Shown here: piece by piece, positions 30,821-43,268 of the stretch
Numbering within the stretch: the stretch's first letter is position 1
How the letters are laid out: each line of letters begins with the position of its first letter
Program-made: the position numbers and the translations under genes
NCBI GenBank assembly: GCA_965220745.1
Contig: CBDCQT010000013.1
Coordinates: 160,001 to 224,000 of the forward strand
Source: Alphaproteobacteria bacterium
GTDB taxonomy: Bacteria > Pseudomonadota > Alphaproteobacteria > UBA828
Reading direction: 5' to 3'
DNA: 64,000 nucleotides
Notes under the pieces: model-generated
Databases searched by the model: none
Told to the model about the DNA's origin: nothing
What the model saw: only the letters and a program-made list of their open reading frames with translations

Positions 30821-32131
30821 ATGCTCAGCGATTCCGACCGCATCTTCACCAACCTCTACGGCGCCCAGGACCCGGGCCTGGCCGGCGCCCGTGCGCGGGG
30901 CGACTGGGACGGCACGGCAGCGCTGATGGCCAAGGGCCACGACTGGATCATCGATCAGGTTAAGGAGTCAGGCCTGCGCGGGCGCGGCGGCGCCGGCTTC
31001 CCGACCGGACTGAAGTGGTCCTTCATGCCGAAGGAGGAGGCCCCCGGCCGGCCGCATTACCTCGTGGTCAATGCCGACGAGAGCGAGCCCGGCACCTGCA
31101 AGGACCGGGACATGATGCGGCACGACCCGCACAAGCTGATCGAGGGATGCCTGATCTCGGGCTTCGCCATGCGGGCGCACGCCGCCTACATCTACATTCG
31201 GGGCGAGTTCTACGACGAGGCGGTCGCGCTGCAGGCGGCGATCGACGAGGCCTATGACGCGGGCCTCATCGGCAAGAACCCGTGCGGCACCGACTGGCCT
31301 TTCGATGTCTACCTGCACCGGGGCGCCGGCGCCTACATTTGCGGCGAGGAGACCGGGCTGCTCGAGAGCCTGGAGGGCAAGCCAGGGCGGCCCCGCCTCA
31401 AGCCGCCCTTCCCGGCGGCGGTCGGGCTCTACGGCTGCCCGTCGACGGTGAACAACGTCGAGACTATCGCGGTCGTGCCCACCATCCTGCGCCGTGGCGC
31501 CGAGTGGTTCGCCGGCCTGGGCCGGCCCAAGAACACCGGCACCAAGGTCTTCTGCATCTCCGGCCACGTGAATCAGCCGTGCAACGTGGAAGAGGAGATG
31601 GGCATCCCCATGCGCGAGCTCATCGAAAAGCACGCGGGCGGGGTGCGCGGCGGCTGGGACAACCTGCAGGCGGTGATTCCCGGTGGTGCCTCGGTGCCGC
31701 TGCTGCCGAAGTCGATCTGCGACGACGTGCTGATGGACTTCGATTCTCTGATGGCGGAGAAATCCGGGCTCGGCACGGCGGCGGTGATCGTGATGGACAA
31801 GTCCGCCGACGTGGTCGAGGCCATCGCCCGGCTCTCCCACTTCTACATGCACGAGAGCTGCGGCCAGTGCACGCCCTGCCGCGAGGGCACCGGCTGGGTC
31901 TACCGCGTGATGCTGAGGCTCATCAGGGGCGAGGCGTCGGTCGAAGAGATCGACATGCTGTGGGACGTGGTGGGACAGATCGAGGGCCACACCATCTGCG
32001 CCCTCGGCGATGCCGCCGCGTGGCCGGTGCAGGGGCTGATCCGCCACTTCCGGCCCGAGCTCGAGCGGCGCATCCTCGCCGAGAAGGTCGGCGGCGGTGG
32101 TGCTAACGCCACAGCGGCGGCCGCCGCCTGA
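30821..32131 (+). CDS. nuoF: NADH-quinone oxidoreductase subunit F
   Basis: [25 protein letters not shown] and [11 protein letters not shown]. Confidence 0.97.
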   Translation: MLSDSDRIFTNLYGAQDPGLAGARARGDWDGTAALMAKGHDWIIDQVKESGLRGRGGAGFPTGLKWSFMPKEEAPGRPHYLVVNADESEPGTCKDRDMMRHDPHKLIEGCLISGFAMRAHAAYIYIRGEFYDEAVALQAAIDEAYDAGLIGKNPCGTDWPFDVYLHRGAGAYICGEETGLLESLEGKPGRPRLKPPFPAAVGLYGCPSTVNNVETIAVVPTILRRGAEWFAGLGRPKNTGTKVFCISGHVNQPCNVEEEMGIPMRELIEKHAGGVRGGWDNLQAVIPGGASVPLLPKSICDDVLMDFDSLMAEKSGLGTAAVIVMDKSADVVEAIARLSHFYMHESCGQCTPCREGTGWVYRVMLRLIRGEASVEEIDMLWDVVGQIEGHTICALGDAAAWPVQGLIRHFRPELERRILAEKVGGGGANATAAAAA

Positions 32132-32142
32132 GGACGCAAGCG

Positions 32143-34203
32143 ATGACCACGCTCACCATCGACGGCGCCGAGATCACGGTGGAGCCCGGCTCGACCGTGA
32201 TGCAGGCCTGCATCGAGGCCGGCAAGGAGATCCCGCACTTCTGCTTCCACGACCGGCTCTCCATCGCCGGCAACTGCCGCATGTGCCTGGTGGAGATGGA
32301 GCGCTCGCCGAAGCCCATCGCGTCGTGCGCGATGCCGGCGGCGGACGGCATGGTGATCCGCACAGACACGCCGCAGGTCAAGAAGGCGCGGGAAGGGGTG
32401 ATGGAGTTCCTGCTCATCAATCACCCGCTCGACTGCCCGATCTGCGACCAGGGCGGCGAGTGCGACCTGCAGGACCAGGCCATGGCCTATGGCCGGCACT
32501 TCAGCCGCTTCGACGAAGGCAAGCGCGCGGTGCGCGACAAGGACGTCGGGCCGCTGATCGAGACCATCATGACGCGCTGCATCCATTGCACGCGCTGCAT
32601 CCGCTTCGCCGACGAGATTGCGGGGGTCGAGGAGTTCGGCGCGGTCTTCCGCGGCGAGCACATGGAAATCGGCACCTATGTCGAGAAGGCGGTGAGCTCC
32701 GAGCTGAGCGGCAACATGATCGACCTCTGCCCGGTGGGTGCGCTGACCTCGAAGCCCTACGCCTTCGTCGCGCGCTCGTGGGAGCTTCGGACCACAGAGA
32801 CGGTCGACGTGCTCGACGCGGTCGGCTCCAACATCCGGGTCGATGCGCGCGGGACCGAAGTCCTGCGGGTCGTGCCGCGCCTGCACGACGACATCAACGA
32901 GGAGTGGCTCTCGGACAAGAGCCGCTTCGCCTACGACGGGCTGCGCCGGCGCCGCCTCGATCGCTGTTATGTGCGGCGAAATGGCGCGCTCGAAGCCGCA
33001 AGCTGGGCCGAGGCGTTCGACGCCATCGCTGCGGCGGCAGAGGGCCTCGACGGCGAGCAGATCGCGGCGCTCGCCGGCGACACGACGGACTGCGAAGCCA
33101 TGACCGCGTTGGCCGACCTCATGGCGGCACTGGGCTCGCCCAACCTCGATTGCCGGCAGGACGGCGCAGGGCTCGATGCGACGAGCCGGGTCTCCTACCT
33201 CTTCAACACCACAATCGCCGGGATCGAGGAGGCGGACGCGATCCTCCTGATCGGCACCAACCCGCGCTGGGAAGCCTCGCTGGTCAACGCGCGCATCCGC
33301 AAGCGCTGGCGGCGGGGCGGACTGAAAGTGGGCGTGATCGGCCCGAAGGTAGACCTGACCTACCCCTTCCATCATCTGGGCGACGGGCCGCAGAACCTCG
33401 CCGCTCTCGCGAAGGGGGGCGACGCCTTCGCCGACGTTCTGAAGATGGCGGAGAAGCCCATGCTGATCGTCGGCATGGGCGCGCTGACGCGGCCCGACGG
33501 CGCCCAGGTGCTGGCGCACGCCAGGGCGGTCGCAGAGGCGACAGGCATGGTCGCCGACGGCTGGAACGGCTTCAACGTGTTGCACACGGCAGCCGCCCGC
33601 GTCGGCGGGCTCGACCTCGGCTTCGTGCCGGGGGAGGGCGGGCGCGACACGGCCGCCATCTGCGAGGGCGCCGCGAGCGGCGGCATCAAGCTGCTCTACC
33701 TGTTGGGCGCAGACGAGATTGCGCTGGAGCGGCCGGAGAACTGCTTCGTGGTCTATCAGGGCCACCACGGCGATGCCGGCGCACGGCTCGCCGACGTGAT
33801 CCTGCCGGGTGCCGCGTACACAGAGAAGGACGGCACCTACGTCAATCTCGAGGGCCGGCCGCAGCGGGCCTACGCGGCGAGCGCGCCGCTCGGCGAGGCG
33901 CGGGAGGACTGGCGCATCCTGCGTGCGCTCTCCGCCCGTCTCGGCAACCCGCTCGCTTACGACACGCTGGACGAGCTTCGTGCCCGGATGCTGGAGCGGG
34001 CGCCGACTCTCGCCGCCATCGGCGAAATCACTCCGGCGCCCTGGGGCGAATTCGGTGCTGCCGGCGCCTTGGATGACGCGCCCTTCGCGTGCCCCATCGG
34101 GGACTTCTATCTGACCGACCCGATCACACGCGCGTCCCAGACCATGACCGAGTGCAGCGCGGCGTTCGTCGCTGCGGCAGAAGAGGCTCGCACCGATGGC
34201 TGA
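32143..34203 (+). CDS. nuoG: NADH-quinone oxidoreductase subunit G
   Basis: [20 protein letters not shown] and RCIHCTRC. Confidence 0.97.
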   Translation: MTTLTIDGAEITVEPGSTVMQACIEAGKEIPHFCFHDRLSIAGNCRMCLVEMERSPKPIASCAMPAADGMVIRTDTPQVKKAREGVMEFLLINHPLDCPICDQGGECDLQDQAMAYGRHFSRFDEGKRAVRDKDVGPLIETIMTRCIHCTRCIRFADEIAGVEEFGAVFRGEHMEIGTYVEKAVSSELSGNMIDLCPVGALTSKPYAFVARSWELRTTETVDVLDAVGSNIRVDARGTEVLRVVPRLHDDINEEWLSDKSRFAYDGLRRRRLDRCYVRRNGALEAASWAEAFDAIAAAAEGLDGEQIAALAGDTTDCEAMTALADLMAALGSPNLDCRQDGAGLDATSRVSYLFNTTIAGIEEADAILLIGTNPRWEASLVNARIRKRWRRGGLKVGVIGPKVDLTYPFHHLGDGPQNLAALAKGGDAFADVLKMAEKPMLIVGMGALTRPDGAQVLAHARAVAEATGMVADGWNGFNVLHTAAARVGGLDLGFVPGEGGRDTAAICEGAASGGIKLLYLLGADEIALERPENCFVVYQGHHGDAGARLADVILPGAAYTEKDGTYVNLEGRPQRAYAASAPLGEAREDWRILRALSARLGNPLAYDTLDELRARMLERAPTLAAIGEITPAPWGEFGAAGALDDAPFACPIGDFYLTDPITRASQTMTECSAAFVAAAEEARTDG

Positions 34204-35212
34204 AGCGGGCGTCTGGAGCACCTACTTCTACCCGTTGTTCCTGACCGTCGGGTACATCCTCGCGATCGTGGTGCCACTGCTGCTGGTGCTCGCCTTCATC
34301 ACGTATTTCGAGCGCAAGGTGTGGGCGGCGATCCAGCTCCGCAAGGGGCCCAACGTGGTGGGTCCTTTCGGCCTGCTCCAGCCGGTGGCGGACGGGATCA
34401 AGTGCCTGTTCAAGGAGACTATCGTCCCCGCCGGCGCCAACCGCATGCTCTTCGTGCTGGCGCCGATGGTGACCTTCAGCCTCGGCCTCATCGGCTGGGC
34501 GGTGATCCCCTTCGACCAGCACCTCGTGCTCGCCGACCTGAATGTCGGGCTGCTCTACCTCTTCGCGGTCTCTTCGCTCGGGGTATACGGCATCATCATC
34601 GCGGGCTGGGCCAGCAATTCGAAGTACGCCTTTCTCGGCGCGCTGCGCTCGGCGGCGCAGATGGTCTCCTACGAGGTCTCCATCGGCTTCGTCCTGGTGA
34701 CGGTGCTGCTCTGCGTCGGCTCACTCAACCTCAACGACATCGTCGAGGCGCAGAAGGGGCTCTGGTTCTTCATCCCGCTGTTCCCGATGTTCGTGATCTA
34801 CGTGGTCTCCGCGCTGGCCGAGACTAACCGCACGCCCTTCGACCTGCCGGAGGCCGAGGGCGAGCTGGTTGCCGGCTACCAGGTGGAATACTCGTCGATG
34901 ACCTGGCTGCTCTTCATGATGGGGGAGTACGCCAACATCGTGCTCCTGAGCGGGCTCAGCGTGATCCTGTTCCTCGGCGGTTGGCTGCCGCCGTTCCACG
35001 TCGAGCCCCTGATGGCGGTCCCCGGCGTGGTCTGGTTCCTGCTGAAGACCGCGGTGGTGGTTTTCTTCTTCACGTGGACCCGCGCGACGCTGCCGCGCTA
35101 CCGCTACGACCAGCTCATGCGGCTCGGCTGGAAGGTGTTCCTGCCTGCCTCGCTCGCCATGGTCGTGATCGTCGCCGGTGCGCTGCACGCGTTCGACTGG
35201 TTGCCGAGGTAA
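34196..35212 (+). CDS. nuoH: NADH-quinone oxidoreductase subunit H
   Basis: [18 protein letters not shown] and PRYRYDQLM. Confidence 0.97.
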   Translation: MAEAGVWSTYFYPLFLTVGYILAIVVPLLLVLAFITYFERKVWAAIQLRKGPNVVGPFGLLQPVADGIKCLFKETIVPAGANRMLFVLAPMVTFSLGLIGWAVIPFDQHLVLADLNVGLLYLFAVSSLGVYGIIIAGWASNSKYAFLGALRSAAQMVSYEVSIGFVLVTVLLCVGSLNLNDIVEAQKGLWFFIPLFPMFVIYVVSALAETNRTPFDLPEAEGELVAGYQVEYSSMTWLLFMMGEYANIVLLSGLSVILFLGGWLPPFHVEPLMAVPGVVWFLLKTAVVVFFFTWTRATLPRYRYDQLMRLGWKVFLPASLAMVVIVAGALHAFDWLPR

Positions 35213-35276
35213 GTCACTGTGGCGACGGCAGGCGGCCTGTGCTATGGCCGCGCCCGGCGCCGACGAGGAGGTCGCC

Positions 35277-35765
35277 ATGCCAGCGATTGAGCAGACAGTT
35301 CGATCCTTGCTCCTGACCGAGCTGGCGGTCGGGCTCGGCGTGACCTTCAAGTCGATGTTCAAGCGCAAGGCGACGCTCAACTACCCCTACGAGAAGGGCA
35401 TGCTGAGCCCGCGCTTTCGCGGCGAGCACGCGCTGCGCCGCTACCCCAACGGCGAGGAACGCTGCATCGCCTGCAAGCTGTGCGAGGCGATCTGCCCCGC
35501 GCAGGCCATCACCATCGAGGCGGAGCCGAGGGAGGACGGCAGCCGGCGCACCACGCGCTACGACATCGACATGGTGAAGTGCATCTATTGCGGATTCTGT
35601 CAGGAGGCCTGCCCGGTCGACGCCATCGTCGAGGGGCCGAACTTCGAATTTGCCGCCGAGACCCGCGAGGAGCTGCTCTACAACAAGGAGAAGCTGCTCG
35701 ACAACGGCGACCGCTGGGAGCGGGAGATCGCCGCCAACCTGAGCGCGGAGGCACCTTACCGCTGA
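35277..35765 (+). CDS. nuoI: NADH-quinone oxidoreductase subunit I
   Basis: Two CxxCxxCxxxCP motifs. GAGGAGG RBS precedes ATG 35277. Confidence 0.96.
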   Translation: MPAIEQTVRSLLLTELAVGLGVTFKSMFKRKATLNYPYEKGMLSPRFRGEHALRRYPNGEERCIACKLCEAICPAQAITIEAEPREDGSRRTTRYDIDMVKCIYCGFCQEACPVDAIVEGPNFEFAAETREELLYNKEKLLDNGDRWEREIAANLSAEAPYR

Positions 35766-35814
35766 GCCGGGATCGGCAGGGGCGGAACGGTAAGCCAAGC
35801 GGGACCACGGCACG

Positions 35815-36444
35815 ATGATCATCCAGACGATCATGTTCTATGTCCTCGCCGTGGTGACGGTGGGGGCGGGCGTCATGGTGATCGCCTCGCGCAACCCGGT
35901 TCACTCGGTGCTGTTCCTGATCCTGGCGTTCTTTAATTCGGCCGGGCTCTTCGTGATGATGGGGGCCGAGTTCCTGGCGATGATCCTGATCATCGTCTAC
36001 GTGGGCGCCGTCGCCGTGCTCTTCCTCTTCGTCGTGATGATGCTGAACATCAACTTCGCGGAGCTGCGCGCGGGCTTCCTGCAATACCTGCCCATCGGCG
36101 GCGTCATCGGAATCATATTGCTTGCCGAGCTGGTGCTGGTCTTCGCCTCGGGCGCCATCGACATCGAGGTGCCGACGACGGTGGCATCGCCGACGCCGCC
36201 GGCCGAGGAGGTCACCAACACCCAGGCGCTGGGTGACGTGCTCTACACGCACTACGCCTACCTCTTCCAGGGCGCGGGCTTCATCCTCCTGATCGCGATG
36301 GTGGGCGCCATCGTGCTCACCCACCGGCGCCGTGCCGACGTCCGGCGTCAGCGCATCGCCGATCAGGTGGCGCGCGATCCCAAGGCAGCCGTTCAGGTCA
36401 CCGATATCGAGCCGGGCGCGGAGGGGACATGGAAATCGGACTGA
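35815..36444 (+). CDS. nuoJ: NADH-quinone oxidoreductase subunit J
   Basis: NPVHSVLFL and [14 protein letters not shown]. Confidence 0.96.
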   Translation: MIIQTIMFYVLAVVTVGAGVMVIASRNPVHSVLFLILAFFNSAGLFVMMGAEFLAMILIIVYVGAVAVLFLFVVMMLNINFAELRAGFLQYLPIGGVIGIILLAELVLVFASGAIDIEVPTTVASPTPPAEEVTNTQALGDVLYTHYAYLFQGAGFILLIAMVGAIVLTHRRRADVRRQRIADQVARDPKAAVQVTDIEPGAEGTWKSD

Positions 36445-36737
36445 CCCATTACCTCACCGTGGCCGCGGTCCTGTTCACCCTCGGCGTCGTCGGCATCTTT
36501 CTCAACCGCAAGAACGTCATCATCATTCTGATGGCGATCGAGCTGATGCTGCTCGCCGTCAACATCAACCTGGTCGCTTTCTCGACCTTCCTCAACGACA
36601 TGGTGGGCCAGGTCTTCGCCATGCTCGTGCTCACGGTCGCGGCCGCCGAGGCTGCGATCGGTCTCGCCATCCTGGTCGTCTACTTCCGCAATCGCGGCAG
36701 CATCGCCGTCGAGGACGTCAACGTGATGAAGGGTTAG
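36429..36737 (+). CDS. nuoK: NADH-quinone oxidoreductase subunit K
   Basis: IELMLLAVN and [11 protein letters not shown]. Confidence 0.96.
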   Translation: MEIGLTHYLTVAAVLFTLGVVGIFLNRKNVIIILMAIELMLLAVNINLVAFSTFLNDMVGQVFAMLVLTVAAAEAAIGLAILVVYFRNRGSIAVEDVNVMKG

Positions 36738-36743
36738 GCGCCG

Positions 36744-38672
36744 GTGCTCTATTACGCCGCGCCCATTTTCCTGCCGCTCTTCGGGGCGGTAATCGCCGGC
36801 CTGTTCGGCCGGGTGATAGGCGCGCGCGGTGCCCAGCTCGTCACCTGCGGCGCGATGGGCGTCGCCGCGGTGATGGCGATCGTGGTCTTCACCGAGGTCG
36901 TGCTCCAGGGCGAGACCGCGACCATCGTGCTCTTCGACTGGTTCGCCTCCGGCGATCTCGACGTCGACTGGCTGCTCAGGTTCGACGAGTTGACCGGGGT
37001 GATGGTCTTCGTCGTCTGCGTGGTCTCGTTCCTGATCCACGTCTATTCCATCGGCTACATGGCGCACGACCCCCATGTGCCGCGCTTCTTCGCGTATCTC
37101 TCGCTCTTCACCTTCTTCATGCTGGCGCTGGTGAGCGCCGACAACTTCCTTCAGATGTTCTTCGGCTGGGAGGGCGTCGGCCTCGTCTCCTACCTGCTGA
37201 TCGGCTTCTGGTACAAGCGGCCGTCGGCGAACGCGGCGGCGATCAAGGCTTTCATCGTCAACCGGGTGGGCGATTTCGGCTTCGCGCTGGGTATCCTCGC
37301 GATCTTCCTGATGTTCGACACCGTCTCGTTCGACGCGGTGTTCTCCGGCGCGCCGGGCATGGTGGATGCCGAGGTGACCTTCCTCGGCCATTCCTTCGAC
37401 TTCCTGGAGGTCACCTGCATCCTGCTCTTCGTCGGCGCCATGGGGAAGTCAGCGCAGTTCTTGCTGCACACCTGGTTGCCGGACGCGATGGAAGGGCCGA
37501 CGCCGGTCTCCGCGCTGATCCATGCCGCGACCATGGTGACCGCCGGCGTCTTCATGGTGGCGCGGCTCTCGCCGATCTTCGAATACGCGCCGATCGCGCT
37601 CTCGGTGGTGACCTTCTTCGGCGCGACGACGGCGATCTTCGCGGCGACCATCGCGATCACCCAGAACGACATCAAGCGGGTGATCGCCTATTCGACCTGC
37701 AGCCAGCTCGGCTACATGTTCTTCGCCTGCGGTGTGTCGGCCTACGGCGCGGGCATCTTCCACCTGACCACGCATGCCTTTTTCAAGGCGCTGCTCTTCC
37801 TCGGTGCGGGCGCGGTGATCCACGCCATGTCGGACGAGCAGGACATGCGCAAGATGGGCGGCATCTGGCGCATGATCCCGGTGACCTACGTGCTGATGTG
37901 GATCGGCAACCTGGCCTTGGCGGGGATTTTCCCGTTCTCGGGCTTCTTCTCGAAGGACATCATCCTGGAGTCCGCGTTCGCCTCGCACACCGGGCTCGGC
38001 ATGTATGCCTTCGGGCTCGGCATCCTGGCGGCGTTCCTGACCGCTTTCTATTCGTGGCGGCTGCTCTTCTTGACCTTCCACGGCAAGCCGCGCGCCGACG
38101 AGAGGGTGATGGCCCACGTGCACGAGGCGCCGCCCGTGATGTGGGTGCCGCTGGTGGGGCTCGCCATCGGTGCGGTCGTGATCGGCTACCTGATGCTGCC
38201 GATGGTGGCGACGGACATCGACTTCTGGGGCACCTCGATCCTCGTGCTGCCGATCCACAACGCGCTGGAGGAGGCGCACCACGTCGACTTCTGGGTCAAG
38301 GCGCTGCCGATGGCGGTGGGCGTGCTCGGGATCGCCGGTGCCTTCCTCTTCTACGTGCTGAAGCCGGAGCTGCCGGGCCGGCTCGCCACCCGCGCGCGGC
38401 CTGTCTACCTGTTCCTGCTCAACAAGTGGTACTTCGACGAGCTCTACGACATCCTCTTCGTGCGCTCCGCCAAGTATCTCGGGCGCAACCTCTGGAGGCA
38501 GGGGGACGGTGCCGTGATCGACGGCATCGGGCCGGATGGGATCGCCGCCGCGACGCTCTCGGTCGCGCGCCGCGCCGTCCGGCTGCAGTCGGGCTACGTC
38601 TATCACTACGCCTTCGCGATGCTGCTGGGGCTCGCGGCCATCGTCACCTGGTATCTGATCGCGGGCAGGTAG
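36744..38672 (+). CDS. nuoL: NADH-quinone oxidoreductase subunit L
   Basis: GWEGVG, WLPDAMEGPTPVSALIHAATM and HAFFKALLF. Confidence 0.96.
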   Translation: MLYYAAPIFLPLFGAVIAGLFGRVIGARGAQLVTCGAMGVAAVMAIVVFTEVVLQGETATIVLFDWFASGDLDVDWLLRFDELTGVMVFVVCVVSFLIHVYSIGYMAHDPHVPRFFAYLSLFTFFMLALVSADNFLQMFFGWEGVGLVSYLLIGFWYKRPSANAAAIKAFIVNRVGDFGFALGILAIFLMFDTVSFDAVFSGAPGMVDAEVTFLGHSFDFLEVTCILLFVGAMGKSAQFLLHTWLPDAMEGPTPVSALIHAATMVTAGVFMVARLSPIFEYAPIALSVVTFFGATTAIFAATIAITQNDIKRVIAYSTCSQLGYMFFACGVSAYGAGIFHLTTHAFFKALLFLGAGAVIHAMSDEQDMRKMGGIWRMIPVTYVLMWIGNLALAGIFPFSGFFSKDIILESAFASHTGLGMYAFGLGILAAFLTAFYSWRLLFLTFHGKPRADERVMAHVHEAPPVMWVPLVGLAIGAVVIGYLMLPMVATDIDFWGTSILVLPIHNALEEAHHVDFWVKALPMAVGVLGIAGAFLFYVLKPELPGRLATRARPVYLFLLNKWYFDELYDILFVRSAKYLGRNLWRQGDGAVIDGIGPDGIAAATLSVARRAVRLQSGYVYHYAFAMLLGLAAIVTWYLIAGR

Positions 38673-38677
38673 CCGGC

Positions 38678-40216
38678 ATGACCGATTGGCCGATCCTGTC
38701 CACCGTCACCTTCCTGCCGCTGGTGGGTGTGTTCTTCATCCTCCTGATCCGCGGGGACGAGCGGCAGATCGCGGCCAACTCGCGGCACGTGGCGCTCTGG
38801 ACCTCGGTGGTCACGTTCGCGCTCTCGATCGTGCTGATCGCCGATTTCGACACCACGACGGCGGAGTTCCAGTTCGTCGAGTTCGTGCCGTGGCTGCCCG
38901 AGCACAATATCGGCTACCACCTGGGTGTGGACGGGATCTCGATCTTCTTCCTGATTCTGACCACGTTCCTGATCCCGCTCTGCATCCTCGCCTCGTGGGA
39001 GGCGATCGCGACGCGGGTGCGCGAATTCATGATCGCCTTCCTGGTGATGGAGACGCTGATCGTCGGCGTCTTCTGCTCCCTCGACTTCGTGATGTTCTAC
39101 ATCTTCTTCGAGGGGCAGCTGATTCCGATGTTCCTGATCATCGGCATCTGGGGCGGTGCGCGGCGGGTCTATTCCGCGTTCAAGTTCTTCCTCTACACGC
39201 TGGTGGGCTCGGTGCTGTTCCTGCTGGCGATCCTCTTCATGTACCTCGACGCCGGTACCACCGACATCCCGATGCTGCTTGTGCACGAGTTCGCGCCGGC
39301 GATACAGACCTGGCTCTGGCTCGCGCTCTTCGCCTCCTTCGCGGTCAAGCTGCCGATGTGGCCGTTCCACACCTGGCTGCCGGACGCGCACGTGGAGGCG
39401 CCGACGGCGGGCTCGGTGATCCTCGCCGGCATCCTGCTGAAGATGGGGGGCTACGGCTTTCTCCGCTTTTCGCTGCCGATGCTGCCAGACGCGAGCGCCT
39501 TCTTCGTGCCCTTCATCTATTCGCTGAGCGTGGTCGCGATCATTTACACCTCGCTGGTCGCGCTCATGCAGCAGGACATGAAGAAGCTGATCGCCTACTC
39601 CTCGGTCGCCCACATGGGGATCGTCACCATCGGCATCTTCACCTTCACCGGCCAGGGGATCGAAGGCGGCATCATCCAGATGCTGAGCCACGGCATCGTC
39701 TCGGCCGCGCTCTTCCTCTGCGTCGGCGTGGTCTACGACCGCACCCACACCCGCGAGATCGCGGACTACGGCGGGCTGGTGCACCGCATGCCGATCTACG
39801 CCTTCGTGCTGATGGTGTTCACGCTGGCCGCCATCGGCCTACCCGGCACCAGCGGCTTCGTCGGCGAGTTCATGGTGCTGGTGGGCGCCTTCCAGTCCAA
39901 CACCTGGGTCGCCATGCTGGCGCTGACCGGCGTGATCCTGGGCGCCGCCTACATGCTCTGGCTCTACCGGCGCGTGATCTTCGGCGAGCTCACCAAGGAG
40001 AATCTCAAGTCGATCACCGATCTCAACTGGCGCGAGGTCGGCATCTTCGCACCCCTGGTCTCGCTCGCGCTGGTGCTGGGGCTCTATCCCGAGCCCTTCC
40101 TCGACGTGCTGCACGTCTCGGTCGAGAACCTGATCGCGCAGACCAACGGCGCGCCCGATCTTCCCATTGCTGAGACTGAGAGCGTGCCCCTGCCCACGCT
40201 CGCGGCGCTGAACTAG
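38678..40216 (+). CDS. nuoM: NADH-quinone oxidoreductase subunit M
   Basis: [11 protein letters not shown] and [13 protein letters not shown]. True start is MTDWP, inside the longer 36332 ORF. Confidence 0.96.
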   Translation: MTDWPILSTVTFLPLVGVFFILLIRGDERQIAANSRHVALWTSVVTFALSIVLIADFDTTTAEFQFVEFVPWLPEHNIGYHLGVDGISIFFLILTTFLIPLCILASWEAIATRVREFMIAFLVMETLIVGVFCSLDFVMFYIFFEGQLIPMFLIIGIWGGARRVYSAFKFFLYTLVGSVLFLLAILFMYLDAGTTDIPMLLVHEFAPAIQTWLWLALFASFAVKLPMWPFHTWLPDAHVEAPTAGSVILAGILLKMGGYGFLRFSLPMLPDASAFFVPFIYSLSVVAIIYTSLVALMQQDMKKLIAYSSVAHMGIVTIGIFTFTGQGIEGGIIQMLSHGIVSAALFLCVGVVYDRTHTREIADYGGLVHRMPIYAFVLMVFTLAAIGLPGTSGFVGEFMVLVGAFQSNTWVAMLALTGVILGAAYMLWLYRRVIFGELTKENLKSITDLNWREVGIFAPLVSLALVLGLYPEPFLDVLHVSVENLIAQTNGAPDLPIAETESVPLPTLAALN

Positions 40217-40226
40217 GGGCCGGGCG

Positions 40227-41687
40227 ATGCAACCCTTCGTCGAGCCGGACTATCTGCCCGCCCTGCCGGAGCTCTTTCTCGCAGGGGCCTCGGTCACGCT
40301 GCTGATGGCGGGCGTCTTTATCGGCGACCGCTCGACCCGGCTGATGACCTGGCTCGCCTGCGTCGCCATGGCGGCGGCCTTCGTCATGGTGCTGGTGCTC
40401 CCCGACGAGCGGACGACCACCTTCTTCGGCCTCTTCGTGACCGACCGCTTCGCCGCCTTCATGAAGTGCCTGGTGCTGGTGGGTGCGGCGGTGACGCTCA
40501 TCGTGGGGCTCGGCTACGTGAAGCGCGAGGGGATGAACCGCTTCGAGTTCCCGGTGCTGATTGTCTTCGCCACTCTCGGCATGCTGCTGATGATCTCGGC
40601 GAACGACCTGATCGCGCTCTACGTGGGGCTCGAGCTGCAGAGCCTCTCGCTCTACATCGTTGCCGCGTTCCGCCGGGATTCGCTGCGCTCGACTGAGGCC
40701 GGCCTCAAGTATTTCGTGCTGGGCGCGATCTCGTCGGGCCTGCTGCTCTACGGCTGCTCCATGGTCTACGGTTTCACCGGCGTGACCGGCTTCGAGGGGA
40801 TCGCGGAGGCGCTGGCCACCACCGTGCCGGGCAACGTGGCGGCAGAGACGGGCGTCCTGATCGGGCTGGTGTTCATCGCCGCGGCGCTGGCCTTCAAGGT
40901 CTCGGCGGTGCCGTTCCATATGTGGACGCCCGATGTCTACGAGGGCGCGCCGACCCCGGTCACCGCCTTCTTCGCCGCGGCGCCCAAGGTCGCGGCCATG
41001 GCATTGCTGCTCCGGGTCTTCCTCGGCCCCTTCCACGAGCTTGCCGGCCAGTGGGACCAGATCATCATCTTCGTCTCGATCGCCTCCATGGGGCTCGGCG
41101 CCTTCGCCGCCATCGGCCAGAAGAACATCAAGCGGCTGATGGCCTACAGCTCCATCGGCCATGTCGGCTACGCGCTGGTCGGGCTCTCGGCGGGCACGCC
41201 CGAAGGCATCCGGGGCGTGCTCGTCTACATGTTGATCTACATGGTGATGACCCTCGGCGGCTTCGCCTGCATTCTCGCCATGCGCCAGCGCGGCCAGATG
41301 GTGGAGGAGATCAGCGATCTCTCCGGCCTCTCCAAGACCAACCCGTCGCTTGCGTTGGCACTCGCGATCTTCATGTTCTCGATGGCGGGTATCCCGCCGC
41401 TCGCCGGCTTCTTCGGCAAGCTCTACGTGTTCCTGGCGGCGGTAGACGAGGGGCTCTACGGACTCGCCATCTTCGGCGTGCTGGCGAGCGTGGTGGGCGC
41501 CTACTACTACATCAGGATCGTCAAGGTGATGTACTTCGACCAGCCGGCGGAGGGCTTCGACCGCCCGGTCGGCGTGGAGCTTTCCGCCGTGCTCGCGGGC
41601 ACGGGCATCATCACGCTGTTCTTCTTCGCCTACCCGGCGCCGATCCTGGCCGGGGCGGAAGCCGCTGCCGCGGCGCTCATGCCCTGA
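40227..41687 (+). CDS. nuoN: NADH-quinone oxidoreductase subunit N
   Basis: [21 protein letters not shown] and KRLMAYSSI. Confidence 0.96.
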   Translation: MQPFVEPDYLPALPELFLAGASVTLLMAGVFIGDRSTRLMTWLACVAMAAAFVMVLVLPDERTTTFFGLFVTDRFAAFMKCLVLVGAAVTLIVGLGYVKREGMNRFEFPVLIVFATLGMLLMISANDLIALYVGLELQSLSLYIVAAFRRDSLRSTEAGLKYFVLGAISSGLLLYGCSMVYGFTGVTGFEGIAEALATTVPGNVAAETGVLIGLVFIAAALAFKVSAVPFHMWTPDVYEGAPTPVTAFFAAAPKVAAMALLLRVFLGPFHELAGQWDQIIIFVSIASMGLGAFAAIGQKNIKRLMAYSSIGHVGYALVGLSAGTPEGIRGVLVYMLIYMVMTLGGFACILAMRQRGQMVEEISDLSGLSKTNPSLALALAIFMFSMAGIPPLAGFFGKLYVFLAAVDEGLYGLAIFGVLASVVGAYYYIRIVKVMYFDQPAEGFDRPVGVELSAVLAGTGIITLFFFAYPAPILAGAEAAAAALMP

Positions 41688-41710
41688 CCGCGATCGCGGC
41701 CACCACGCCC

Positions 41711-42499
41711 ATGCCGCCGGCGACACTGCCGCCGGGCTACGCTCTGATCGCCCTCGACGAGGCCGGCAGCACCAACGACGAGGCCAAGACGCGTGCGGAG
41801 ACGGGCGCGCCCGATGGCACTGTGATTTGGGCGCGGCAGCAGCGGGCGGGGCGCGGCAGACGGGGCCGCGCCTGGGTCTCGCCGCCGGGCAATCTCTACC
41901 TATCGGCGATCCTCCGCCCTGCCTGCGAGGCGCGGAGCGTCGCTCAGCTCTCCTTCGTCGCCGCGCTTGCGGTGCTCGACCTGGTGGACGGGCCACTGCC
42001 CGGCCGAGGGCGCTGCAAGTGGCCGAACGATGTGCTCGTGGAGGGCGGCAAGGTCGCCGGCATTCTTCTGGAATCGGCGCTTGGGCCGGGCGGACATGTG
42101 GACTGGGTGGTGCTGGGGATTGGCGTGAACCTTGCGAGCCATCCCGGCATTGATGGCCCGGTCCCGTCGACGAGCCTTGTCGACGCCGGTGCCCCGCTGC
42201 TTGCGCCGGAAGATGCGTTGCCCGCGGTGCTGGCGGCCCTCGCCCGGCGCAGGCAAGAATGGGAGGCGCAGGGCTTTGAAGCGGTTAGACGTGCTTGGCT
42301 CGCCCGCGCCCACGGGCTGGGCGGCCCGGTGACGGTGACGAACGGCGAGCGGAGACTCACAGGCGTGTTCGAAGGGCTCGACGAGGAGGGCGCGCTGCTG
42401 CTCTCGCGGCCGGGCGCAGGCCCGCTCTCCATCTCGGCCGGCGATGTAACATTCGGCGATGTCGCCGAAGCGGAGGCGGCGCATGCTGCTCGCGGTTGA
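41711..42499 (+). CDS. birA: Biotin--protein ligase without an HTH domain
   Basis: [20 protein letters not shown] and KVAGIL. Confidence 0.93.
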   Translation: MPPATLPPGYALIALDEAGSTNDEAKTRAETGAPDGTVIWARQQRAGRGRRGRAWVSPPGNLYLSAILRPACEARSVAQLSFVAALAVLDLVDGPLPGRGRCKWPNDVLVEGGKVAGILLESALGPGGHVDWVVLGIGVNLASHPGIDGPVPSTSLVDAGAPLLAPEDALPAVLAALARRRQEWEAQGFEAVRRAWLARAHGLGGPVTVTNGERRLTGVFEGLDEEGALLLSRPGAGPLSISAGDVTFGDVAEAEAAHAARG

Positions 42500-43268
42500 C
42501 GCCGGCAACACCAACACTGTCTTTGCCGTGTTCGACGGCGACGGGGAAGACGCGCCGCGTGGCCAGTGGCGGGCCATGACCGACGCCAGGCGCACGAGCG
42601 ACGAGTACGCGGTCTGGCTCGGCCAACTCCTGGCGCAGAAGGGCCTCAGCCTCGCCGATATCGACGAGGCCATCGTCTCCAGCGTGGTGCCGCAGGGGAT
42701 CGGTGCGTTGAAGTCGCTCTGCGCCGATCATTGCGGCTGCGCGGCGCAAGTGATCGGAGAGCCGGGGGTCGCGCTCGGCATCGCGGTCAACGTGCCCCGG
42801 CCCGAGGAGGTGGGGGCCGACCGGCTGGTCAACACGGTGGGCGCGCATATCCGCCATCCGGGCGCGCTCATCATCCTCGACTTCGGCACCGCGACCACCT
42901 TCGATTCCGTGAGCGCGGAGGGCGCTTACGAGGGCGGCATCATCGCGCCGGGGATCGGTCTTTCGCTGGAGGCGCTGCATCAGGCCGCCGCGCAGCTTCC
43001 ACGCATCGCGGTCAAGCGCCCCGAACGGCTGATTGCCAAGGCGACGGTGCCGGCCATGCAGTCCGGCATCTACTGGGGTTACGTCGGGCTGATCGAGGGT
43101 ATCGTGGCGCGCATGAAGGCCGAAATCGCGGCACCCGTGACGACGGTCGCGACCGGCGGGCTCGCCAGCCTCTTCGGCGATGCGACGGACGCGATAGACA
43201 GGGTCGATCCTGACCTGACCATCCGGGGGCTGCGCGAGGTCCACCGGCGCAACCGGAGGGCGCCATGA
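42483..43268 (+). CDS. coaX: Type III pantothenate kinase
   Basis: DAGNTN, GADR, DFGTATT and ATGG. Confidence 0.94.
   Translation: MLLAVDAGNTNTVFAVFDGDGEDAPRGQWRAMTDARRTSDEYAVWLGQLLAQKGLSLADIDEAIVSSVVPQGIGALKSLCADHCGCAAQVIGEPGVALGIAVNVPRPEEVGADRLVNTVGAHIRHPGALIILDFGTATTFDSVSAEGAYEGGIIAPGIGLSLEALHQAAAQLPRIAVKRPERLIAKATVPAMQSGIYWGYVGLIEGIVARMKAEIAAPVTTVATGGLASLFGDATDAIDRVDPDLTIRGLREVHRRNRRAP

Noticed and set aside
36332-38677. Apparent giant N-terminal extension of NuoM (1294-aa ORF)
   Set aside because: Off-frame overlap with nuoJ, nuoK and nuoL that is Arg/Gly-rich and lacks motifs; the real start is ATG 38678.
27480-41687. Novelty within the nuo operon
   Set aside because: Standard 14-subunit order with intact motifs and no inserted genes.
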